A stretch of DNA of 57,370 nucleotides from a virus (Duplodnaviria > Caudoviricetes). Position numbers and translations under genes: made by a program. Below, piece after piece: positions 39,366-46,569 of this stretch (the stretch's first letter is position 1; each line of letters starts with the position of its first letter). The notes below the pieces were generated by a model that was given only the letters and a program-made list of their open reading frames with translations, was not told where the DNA came from and ran no database searches. The stretch spans positions 1 through 57,370 of the IMG/VR virus record IMGVR_UViG_3300042468_000162. The stretch is one strand, 5' to 3'.

Positions 39366-39846
39366 AAGTGCTTACCTTTTTGCACAAGTTAACAAATTCA
39401 ATGAGAGACAAATCCTGTTTACAATTATTAACTTCCCAGGTAGTTAACACTACATTAGTTTTTACATACCCCTTACTTGAATCTATTCTATCTACAGACA
39501 AAGTTTTTTTACTTCCTGCAGACACTTCTAAATCATCACCTGTGTACTTACATTTTCCGTTTTGCTGCGTATACAGCTCAATTAAAAAATAAAAATCAAA
39601 ATCTAACTCTAATGATTTTTGACGTACCCTTCGTTGCAAATAAGAAAATATTCTTTTGCAGGCTCTTTCTAGAGTTGTTGGGCCTTTTCTATAGACTTTA
39701 TTTCTTTCATTGTTACAGTCTTTACAATAAGACATGTATCCTGTTTTTTGATTTTTATTTGCTGTAAATTCCGTTATACTTTTACTTTGTTTGCACGTGC
39801 TACAAGCCTTAGCCTTTTCCCATAGCTTTTCGTTAGTGCGTCCCAT
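39358..39846 (-). mobile_element. Free-standing HNH-like endonuclease, paralogous to 30937-31485
   Basis: CSTC/CKDC, QQNGKCKYT, SVDRIDSSKGY..TNV; AT-rich. Confidence 0.88.
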
Positions 39847-39854
39847 TTATTTAC

Positions 39855-40211
39855 TTATGCTCTATTAGCTGGATCAAAGTATTCTTCTACAGTGACTGTA
39901 GCACTCATAGTCGATCCAGACTCCGGTGTAATGCGTAATTTATCACCGCCATTTAAAACTAAATAACTATCCGATAACTGTAAATAACCGTAAGCACTTA
40001 GTATATATCCACCTAAAATAAAATACCATGTAGATGTCGAAGTGTCGTACCATTCAATTGTTAAATTTTTATTCCCACCCGTAGCATTAGTTACAAATAG
40101 CAAAACTACATGAGCTGTCCAATTAGAAGGACACTCATAAATTGTATTAGCTGAACCTGCAGTTAAGTTAGTACCTATACTGCGGGATTTATAACCATCA
40201 TTGATTGGCAT
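39855..40211 (-). CDS. Small beta-rich putative virion protein
   Basis: TIYECP...LFVTN...LVL..GD.L pattern. Confidence 0.7.
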   Translation of the reverse strand: MPINDGYKSRSIGTNLTAGSANTIYECPSNWTAHVVLLFVTNATGGNKNLTIEWYDTSTSTWYFILGGYILSAYGYLQLSDSYLVLNGGDKLRITPESGSTMSATVTVEEYFDPANRA

Positions 40212-40366
40212 TATTTCTTCTTCATACTACGAGCTTGACTAAGAGCAATGGCAATAGCTTGTTTAGGGTTCTTTACTACCGGACCCTTCTTGCCAGAGTG
40301 TAGGGTTCCTTCTTTGAATTCACCCATAACCTTCTTCACTTTCTTTTGCTCTTTAGTCATTTTCAT
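40211..40366 (-). CDS. Small basic protein (DUF6496-like; not in the ORF track)
   Basis: KVMGEFKEGTLHSG...KQAIAIALS. Confidence 0.75.
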   Translation of the reverse strand: MKMTKEQKKVKKVMGEFKEGTLHSGKKGPVVKNPKQAIAIALSQARSMKKK

Positions 40367-40388
40367 AATATGCTCGCTTTGCTGCGCT

Positions 40389-40550
40389 TCATTTTGCTTT
40401 CTTTACTTTAGCTACTTTAGGCATAGCCACTGCAATCATGATAGATGGGGTTTTAACTTTCCCCATACCACCTTTAGCATACTTACCTTTAAGACATTTA
40501 CCTGCCTTGTTGCATTTGGCAGGTGTAGGACAGTTAGGGCAAGCTTTCAT
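40389..40550 (-). CDS. Small basic Cys-rich protein (53 aa; not in the ORF track)
   Basis: MKACPNCPTPAKCNKAGKC..YAKGGM...; fills the gap between neighbours. Confidence 0.7.
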   Translation of the reverse strand: MKACPNCPTPAKCNKAGKCLKGKYAKGGMGKVKTPSIMIAVAMPKVAKVKKAK

Positions 40551-40551
40551 A

Positions 40552-41007
40552 TTACTTCTTAGCTTTCTGTGCAGGTTTCATGGAAGCACCACAATTAGCC
40601 ATACCACCTTTGTTTAGCATCTTAGGTTTAGCTGCAGATGCATAACCACCACCCATCATCTTTTTCTTAGCTGGCTTCTTGACCATACCACCCTTTTTGT
40701 ATCCTAGGCTTTCCTGTAGTTCTTTCTTTTCTCTCTCTGTAAGCCCACGCTCTTTCATGACACGTGACATACCTTCTGGCTTCTCTGAACCACCTTCACG
40801 AATACGCTGACTCATAAGCTGATCTAAACGTCTTTCTTCACGTGCAGTAAGCTCACTGGACTTCTCTTTCTTTTTAAGTGCAGCTAGCTCTTCTGCAAGG
40901 TTAGGATCAACATCCATTGATTCACGAGCCATGCGACGCTCACCTGCCTTCAGTGCTTTAGCTTCTGATGGGGACAACATCTTACTTACTCTACCGAAAC
41001 CTGCCAT
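40552..41007 (-). CDS. Basic hypothetical protein
   Basis: AGGAG RBS; several xxKGGM motifs. Confidence 0.75.
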   Translation of the reverse strand: MAGFGRVSKMLSPSEAKALKAGERRMARESMDVDPNLAEELAALKKKEKSSELTAREERRLDQLMSQRIREGGSEKPEGMSRVMKERGLTEREKKELQESLGYKKGGMVKKPAKKKMMGGGYASAAKPKMLNKGGMANCGASMKPAQKAKK

Positions 41008-41057
41008 TTAAGTTCTCCTAGGAAATTAAGATACTGCTAATATTTTTTATACTACGA

Positions 41058-41396
41058 TTACTTACCAAACTTTAATTTTTGTGACTTAGGGGGTTCCTTC
41101 TTAGATCCACTGGGACCTGCCCACAATCGTTTATCTGCCCAATATGCAGCGGATAATTTACCTTTAGCTATGTTCTTACCGTGCCTAGCCTTAAAGTTTT
41201 TACGAGCTTCTTCACTGTAATTGTGACCCATTGACGAATCACCGTAATGGATCAGCTTAACTGTGTCACCCTCTTTAGCTACTACCATCTCTTTCTTTCC
41301 TGGCTTATTAGACTTCTTAGGTTGGTTGTAGCCAGTAAACCCCAGCTTTTTATATCGTTCCGGTAGTGCTCGCTTCGCTGCGCTCTTTTTGTCCAC
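41058..41396 (-). CDS. Conserved basic phage protein
   Basis: GYNQPK, KLIHYG, F.ARH, LSAAYWA motifs; start uncertain. Confidence 0.75.
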   Translation of the reverse strand: MDKKSAAKRALPERYKKLGFTGYNQPKKSNKPGKKEMVVAKEGDTVKLIHYGDSSMGHNYSEEARKNFKARHGKNIAKGKLSAAYWADKRLWAGPSGSKKEPPKSQKLKFGK

Positions 41397-41407
41397 TTAC
41401 ACCCCTT

Positions 41408-41653
41408 TCACCTATTACCCTTATATCTGTGATCACTCTTAAGTATTCTACCCTCAGACCACCCTTCTGCCTTCATTGCTGTTTCTACCTGTTGCAATGG
41501 AAATCTTATACCTGTGCGTTTCTCTAAAGCTGCACGAACATAGAATACATCGCTATGGGGTATATGCACTTGATCTAACTTATCACGATAGACTGCATTA
41601 ATGAAGTCGTTGAATAAGTGATTTTCTCTTAGGTATATTTTCTTTTTCTTCAT
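41408..41653 (-). CDS. Hypothetical protein, first gene of the minus arm
   Basis: GAGGA RBS; 81 aa. Confidence 0.7.
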   Translation of the reverse strand: MKKKKIYLRENHLFNDFINAVYRDKLDQVHIPHSDVFYVRAALEKRTGIRFPLQQVETAMKAEGWSEGRILKSDHRYKGNR

Positions 41654-41809
41654 ACGTCAATAGCAATCCTCGCTCCCTTATTCGCTTTGCTCATTGCAGT
41701 CGCTGCGGAAGGGTACAGATAAGAGGCTACTGAAAATCGAGCACAGATAGTATTGTATAGTTTTATTGTCTCAGACCCGAAGTTTCATGCTCATTTATAG
41801 TGAGCACTT

Positions 41810-42030
41810 AAATGTTACTTAAGTACTTACTATAAGTGTATTATACAGTAATATTATATTTATTACAAGTACATAGTATCTTAAGTTGTATATTGTAAGT
41901 GTATATATTCTAGTAATATTGTATCTATTACTTTTAAGTTGTATATAGTAAGTGATTTATATACGAAGTATGTATATATATTTAACTATGTATTGTAAGT
42001 GTATATATATATATAAGTGATTTAAGTGTT
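41810..42030. repeat. Very AT-rich tract with repeated TAAGTG(T/A) units
   Basis: TAAGTG recurs near 41833, 41896, 41948, 41996, 42014 and 42023; TTAAGTTGTATAT occurs twice. Confidence 0.7.
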
Positions 42031-42324
42031 ACACTTATATGTATCACTTTCAGTGAGGGCTGTTACCCTATGGTATATGTGTTTGGTTGTAGTTGTCAAG
42101 TTATTTGTGTCTCAGACCCAATATCTATGCACTTCTGTAACATCTACACCACATTCATTATCGATAATCTCACTTACTCTAGGCATCTTAATCGATACTA
42201 GTCATTACTGTACATTCATCCAGTATTCATTCTCTTAACCCTATGTGCCTGTATACATATACAGTATTTCATAGCCAGTTGCCTATTTTTTGTGCACATG
42301 TGTAGTGTACATGTATATAAATAC

Positions 42325-42410
42325 AAACGAGAGTGATTCTCATTTAGAGTGTGTGTGTATGTTAGTGTGTACTAACATAAGTAATTGATATATGAGAACT
42401 ATTCTTATTT
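42325..42410. promoter_or_regulatory. Two Fur-box-like palindromes
   Basis: AAACGAGAGT-G-ATTCTCATTT (42325-42345) and ATATGAGAAC-T-ATTCTTATTT (42390-42410). Confidence 0.5.
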
Positions 42411-42580
42411 AGAGTGAAAATACCTGATCTGTGTAAGAAGCCATATACAGTAGCGCCCCACCCCACCCTGGCCCACGCCCGCCCATGCTCGTGATCACCC
42501 GTGTGTATGCGCCTACGATCACGTGCGATGTAATGTCATCATGCATGGGCTATGATATACACGTTCTATAATGCATTTAA

Positions 42581-42593
42581 AATCAAGTACTTA
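42581..42593 (+). promoter_or_regulatory. IHF consensus site
   Basis: AATCAAGTACTTA matches WATCAANNNNTTR; a second, inverted match lies at 42378-42390. Confidence 0.45.
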
Positions 42594-42711
42594 GATGTAT
42601 CATTAAACTGTTACGATGTCAGTTAGTCACAAAAAAGTGCATATCGAAAGTGATGATTTTTAGAGCAGTTCAAGGGTGGTCAAGGCGGTGCATCATTTTC
42701 AATGATCCCAC

Positions 42712-42727
42712 TGTCGAACATTCGACA
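42712..42727. promoter_or_regulatory. Palindromic operator/UAS-like site TGTCGAA-N2-TTCGACA
   Basis: Perfect 7-2-7 inverted repeat; further copies at 43562, 44007 and (partial) 44824. Confidence 0.75.
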
Positions 42728-42818
42728 CTAACCATATCCCCCATTGCCAATGTCCAACATCGACCGTATATCAGCTCAAACCTACCATTCGTCGGCTGAA
42801 ATCGACCGTCTGTCGAAG

Positions 42819-42835
42819 TTGGCATGGCAATTGCA
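42819..42835 (+). promoter_or_regulatory. Putative sigma54 (-24/-12) promoter
   Basis: TTGGCATGGCAATTGCA, GG-N10-GC; intergenic and oriented toward the early arm. Confidence 0.55.
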
Positions 42836-42858
42836 ATAGGTCACCGGCTTTGGACACT

Positions 42859-42954
42859 TTACTCTCAGAGGTTTATGGGGACATGTATTTATCCCCTCAC
42901 TGAAAGTGAAGGGGAAATAAATACTGTCCCCTGTTTATAAACCTCAGAGAGTAA
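42859..42954 (+). other. 96-nt imperfect inverted repeat / long hairpin in the early leader
   Basis: TTACTCTC.GAGGTTTAT.GGGGACA.GTATTTAT.CCCC.TCACT-gaa- followed by the complementary arm. Confidence 0.9.
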
Positions 42955-42965
42955 GGAGTAGGAAA

Positions 42966-43739
42966 ATGGCACAATCGAACCTAGCAGTTATCAGCGACAA
43001 TGGCATGTTCAACGTCAAATCGGCAGTCAAGAACGCTACATTGCCGAAGGCAAAACCACCCATCAACGATGCAGTCATGTACAATGCCGAAGGCATCCTG
43101 CTCACAACGACAACGTATCAAGGCAATAGCCTTGGAGAAGCAATTGATGCTCAGGCTAAAGCCTACAAATCGATCAAGAAACAACAGAAAGCAGCTTTAG
43201 AAAAGCTGAAGGGTATCGGTGATGTCCTTAACTACGTTAGGTCGCTGTTCAAATCCGATGTGCTATTCGGTCAGTTTTTAATGAAAACTGAATTGTCCAT
43301 CATGTCAAGGCAAGATCGTTCCGATGCCATGTGGTTAGCGGACAATTGGAATGAAATCCAATTGCAAATGAAAAAGTTGGATATATCCTCTAGCTCTGCT
43401 AGCTATCTTCGCCAAGCAATCAGAAAAGCTACTGCTACTGTGCAGGAAAGCAAAGCTTCACCTGTGGTAGCAGTTGCTACTGTCGAACCCCAAGTCAAGC
43501 CTACTGCTACCACACAGGAAAGCAAAGCTTCACCTGTGGTAGAAAAGCCAGTTGCTGCTACTGTCGAACATTCGACACTAAAGCCTACTGTGCAGGAAAG
43601 CGAAGCTTCACCTGTGGTAGATACCCTTGAGATCATCGTAGATGATGCTGAAGCTTTCGCTGATTCAGTAGCTAGGGTAGCGAAAGCCGAAGGCTTAGAC
43701 TTGAATGCAATCATCGAAGCTTTGCTTAAGCGTATTTGA
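42966..43739 (+). CDS. First early gene, hypothetical protein with C-terminal repeats
   Basis: AAGGAG RBS; QES(K/E)ASPVV three times. Confidence 0.85.
   Translation: MAQSNLAVISDNGMFNVKSAVKNATLPKAKPPINDAVMYNAEGILLTTTTYQGNSLGEAIDAQAKAYKSIKKQQKAALEKLKGIGDVLNYVRSLFKSDVLFGQFLMKTELSIMSRQDRSDAMWLADNWNEIQLQMKKLDISSSSASYLRQAIRKATATVQESKASPVVAVATVEPQVKPTATTQESKASPVVEKPVAATVEHSTLKPTVQESEASPVVDTLEIIVDDAEAFADSVARVAKAEGLDLNAIIEALLKRI
43435..43620 (+). repeat. Three copies of CAGGAAAGC(A/G)AAGCTTCACCTGTGGTAG
   Basis: Copies end at 43470, 43542 and 43620. Confidence 0.9.
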
Positions 43740-43748
43740 TAGCCTTAC

Positions 43749-43768
43749 AAGGGGCTTAAATGCCCCTT
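43749..43768 (+). terminator. Hairpin after the first early gene
   Basis: AAGGGGC-ttaaat-GCCCCTT. Confidence 0.55.
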
Positions 43769-43802
43769 AAATCGATTTTCTTTCATAACCTAGGGGTAAC
43801 CT

Positions 43803-43895
43803 ATGCACGACAATGATTTTCTCGTTATGGCAGGCATGATCGTAATCTTACAAGCCTTGATTGCACTCATGGCCTTCGGCATCATCACGCTGTAA
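43803..43895 (+). CDS. 30-aa single-transmembrane peptide (not in the ORF track)
   Basis: MHDNDFLVMAGMIVILQALIALMAFGIITL; AGGGGT RBS. Confidence 0.55.
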   Translation: MHDNDFLVMAGMIVILQALIALMAFGIITL

Positions 43896-44052
43896 TGACG
43901 ATGCACAGGAAAGCTGCCGTTCATCTGGCACTGTCTACCGTCTGTCGGTTTTTACTTAACTTTTCGTTTTCTTGACCGTTAACCTAGTTGCAAGCCAAGC
44001 TTCTACCGTCGAATGTTCGACACTAAAACTCACCTGAAAGGATACACACACC

Positions 44053-44757
44053 ATGGAACTACTTTCACTAGACACTAACAGCAAGCTTGCCGAAACCAAT
44101 GCCAAGCAAAACGATTACATGTTCGTAGGCTTATCGATGATGCCTAACGACAGGCTATGCCCAGGTGCAAAGGCTGCAGGGTGCATGGATGTATGCCTGA
44201 AATCTGCAGGTATGGGTAAGTTTTCCAATGTGGCACAGGCAAGGCAAGCCAAGTCTAACTTTTTCATGACTAATCGTGAAGCTTTCATGGCTCAATTGGT
44301 CAAGGAAATGAAGTCTAGGGTTCGCACTGCCACTAAAAAGGGTAAGACATTGGCAGTAAGACTTAACGTCTTATCTGATGTGCAGTGGGAGGATATACCT
44401 GTAACCCTTGATGGCACACACTATGACAACATCATGGAAGCTTTCCCCATGGTGCAGTTTTACGACTACACCAAGATTGCAGCAAGATTCCGTAAGGTAT
44501 TGCCTAGCAATTATGATCTGACCTTTTCGTACTCAGCCTCACCCAAGTACAAGAGTCAGGTTACATCTGCACTTGCCCATAGGGGTACGAAGATGGCAGT
44601 GGTATTTGCAGGTGAGTTTCCCCTAACTTTCATGGGTCGTAAGGTTATCGACGGTGATGCTCAAGATGCCCGTTTCTTGGACGCTCAGGGTGTAATCGTA
44701 GGCTTGAAGGCTAAGGGTAAGGCTAAGACTGTGCAAAACGATTTCATTGTGCATTAA
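44053..44757 (+). CDS. Gp88-like protein
   Basis: CPGAKAAGCMDVC, RLNVLSD, FYDYTK, NYDLTFS, DGD..D.RF.D. Confidence 0.8.
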   Translation: MELLSLDTNSKLAETNAKQNDYMFVGLSMMPNDRLCPGAKAAGCMDVCLKSAGMGKFSNVAQARQAKSNFFMTNREAFMAQLVKEMKSRVRTATKKGKTLAVRLNVLSDVQWEDIPVTLDGTHYDNIMEAFPMVQFYDYTKIAARFRKVLPSNYDLTFSYSASPKYKSQVTSALAHRGTKMAVVFAGEFPLTFMGRKVIDGDAQDARFLDAQGVIVGLKAKGKAKTVQNDFIVH

Positions 44758-44774
44758 TCCTAGGCATACACATT

Positions 44775-44823
44775 GGGGGCTTTGCCCCCTAATTCTAGTG
44801 TCTTGGAATCTTCGATTCCTTTT
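44775..44823 (+). terminator. Tandem hairpins after the gp88-like gene
   Basis: GGGGGC-ttt-GCCCCC, then GGAATC-ttc-GATTCC-TTTT. Confidence 0.5.
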
Positions 44824-44855
44824 GAATGTTCGACAGTAACAATGAAGGTTTAATT

Positions 44856-45029
44856 ATGAATCCCGATACCCGTGATCTTATCGCCCAACTTATCCAGTAC
44901 ATATTAGACAATGAAGAAAGTCACTATGAAATGGTGTTAGACACTTTTGGCCCTGACTCAGAGCAAGTGCGATCACATGCCTATACATTGGCATGGGATA
45001 TTGCTACTGAGTTGGAAATAACCCTTTAA
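44856..45029 (+). CDS. Hypothetical protein
   Basis: GAAGGT RBS before ATG 44856. Confidence 0.6.
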   Translation: MNPDTRDLIAQLIQYILDNEESHYEMVLDTFGPDSEQVRSHAYTLAWDIATELEITL

Positions 45030-45045
45030 TCTGGAGTCCATTACC

Positions 45046-45231
45046 ATGAAACTAGTTAAAGATCTCAAGCAAGGTGAGTATTTCAAGCGTAATGCTGCAT
45101 CTAAAACTGTCTACTGCCGTGGTCAGTACATGCGTGAGTCAAAGAGGTATGCAGCACAGAGGTTCGATGATATATGCATGTTTATATATCTAAAGCCTGA
45201 TACACCTGTATTTGTAGATTTTGAATTTTAA
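45046..45231 (+). CDS. Hypothetical protein
   Basis: GGAG RBS. Confidence 0.7.
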   Translation: MKLVKDLKQGEYFKRNAASKTVYCRGQYMRESKRYAAQRFDDICMFIYLKPDTPVFVDFEF

Positions 45232-45248
45232 TTGAGGGTATCGCTACC

Positions 45249-45617
45249 ATGGAATACGTGACATTAAAAGTATCGGAATTATCGGGTGCTGCCCTTGATT
45301 GGGCAGTGGCGAAGTGTGAGGGGCGGCAAGAGCCGGAAGTGGTGAACAACTTTGCCGTGGCTTGGTACACATGGCCCAACACCCACTATTCAACCGACTG
45401 GGCACAAGGTGGCCCGATCATTGAGCGAGAGGGTATATCCATCCGTTACAGCGAAAAAGATGCCCGTGGGGCGTGGTATGCCGTTCTCGGCCCAAACAGA
45501 TTCCTAAGCCCAGATCATGAAGGTTCAGGCCCAACCCCACTAATCGCAGCCATGCGCTGCTACGTAGCCAGCAAGCTTGGCGATGATGTAGACGTCCCTT
45601 TACCACTTATCGGCTAG
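45249..45617 (+). CDS. DUF2591/NinX-like phage protein
   Basis: LDWAVAKCEG, YSTDWAQGGPIIERE, GPTPLIAAMRCYVASKLG. Confidence 0.8.
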   Translation: MEYVTLKVSELSGAALDWAVAKCEGRQEPEVVNNFAVAWYTWPNTHYSTDWAQGGPIIEREGISIRYSEKDARGAWYAVLGPNRFLSPDHEGSGPTPLIAAMRCYVASKLGDDVDVPLPLIG

Positions 45618-45716
45618 AACCTGCCACCCGTCGGAAATGACTTAACTTTCCACTGCCATCGACCGTTAGTTTATATACGCAAGACAATTCGACACACTTT
45701 CACTGGAGCACTGAAC

Positions 45717-45944
45717 ATGGAAATCCACTTCACCCTAAAGCAAACCTACGGAAAGGCACGTGCAGTACCCTTGTGCCCAAATGCCCTGACCTTTGCAGAC
45801 ATTGCAGGTACAAGCACACTGACCTTGCGTACATTGCAGAATGTGGAAGCACTAGGATACAGGCTCATGTGTGGTGTCAAGCATGTACCTGTACCCATGG
45901 TGCAAATGACTTCCGACCAACTCAAAGAGGCAGGGGTAGAATAA
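45717..45944 (+). CDS. Hypothetical protein
   Basis: GGAG RBS; A.IAGT.TLT motif. Confidence 0.7.
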   Translation: MEIHFTLKQTYGKARAVPLCPNALTFADIAGTSTLTLRTLQNVEALGYRLMCGVKHVPVPMVQMTSDQLKEAGVE

Positions 45945-46159
45945 TGTTAGATGCACAGATTGTAGGTTACTTGCTGTCTTACCGTGTCAATGGGTCAGGC
46001 AATGTATGGATGCTCAGATTCGACACTGAAGCACAGGCACAGGCCCATATCAAGCGAGTAGGGTTAGATGTACCCATGTATCAATGCGTAGTGAATCCGA
46101 TTGTCGAGATGACTACCGTCGAGGAACCGAAGGGACTACCTATGTGGCGTAGACGTTAA
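45944..46159 (+). CDS. Hypothetical protein
   Basis: TAATG-coupled start at 45944. Confidence 0.6.
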   Translation: MLDAQIVGYLLSYRVNGSGNVWMLRFDTEAQAQAHIKRVGLDVPMYQCVVNPIVEMTTVEEPKGLPMWRRR

Positions 46160-46165
46160 GGAGAT

Positions 46166-46552
46166 ATGCACATGCGAGTATTTGTTTATTACAACCTGCA
46201 CAAACACATGTGGTCAGTGAAGGCACTGGAAGGTGTAAACAAGGGCAGGGTTATTACACACACTCGACACTTAGCCCTCATGGATTGCACTTTCAAGGTG
46301 TCTGAGGCAGGTAGGCAGAGGGTTCTACGTGAGAGGCGTAAGAACGTACATGCAGGGATAATAGGCACAGCACCCAAGTCCATCTTAACGGCTATCAAGT
46401 CGGACTACATGGTAGGTGATGGTGTACCCGTTACCTACAACCCTTACAAGTATGATTCGTTTGTGTCCAAGCTAGATGACACACGGAAGATTAAGCAAGC
46501 CAAGATTGTGACACTTTTTGATCGTGCAGTAACCGCATTTGCAATAGCTTAA
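46166..46552 (+). CDS. Conserved hypothetical phage protein
   Basis: VYYNLHK..WSV, GRQRVL.E.RKNVHA, YNPY. Confidence 0.8.
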   Translation: MHMRVFVYYNLHKHMWSVKALEGVNKGRVITHTRHLALMDCTFKVSEAGRQRVLRERRKNVHAGIIGTAPKSILTAIKSDYMVGDGVPVTYNPYKYDSFVSKLDDTRKIKQAKIVTLFDRAVTAFAIA

Positions 46553-46569
46553 CCAGAGGAGCAGTGACC

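Noticed and set aside
42026-42238. 70-aa ORF in the control region
   Set aside because: GTG start without RBS, in low-complexity AT-rich DNA
43435-43620. Mini CRISPR array (28-bp repeats with spacers)
   Set aside because: The repeats are in frame within a CDS, the spacers resemble each other, and there is no leader or cas gene
44806-44823. tRNA T-arm / attP fragment (TTCGATTCC)
   Set aside because: No cloverleaf context; it is simply a short hairpin with a T-run
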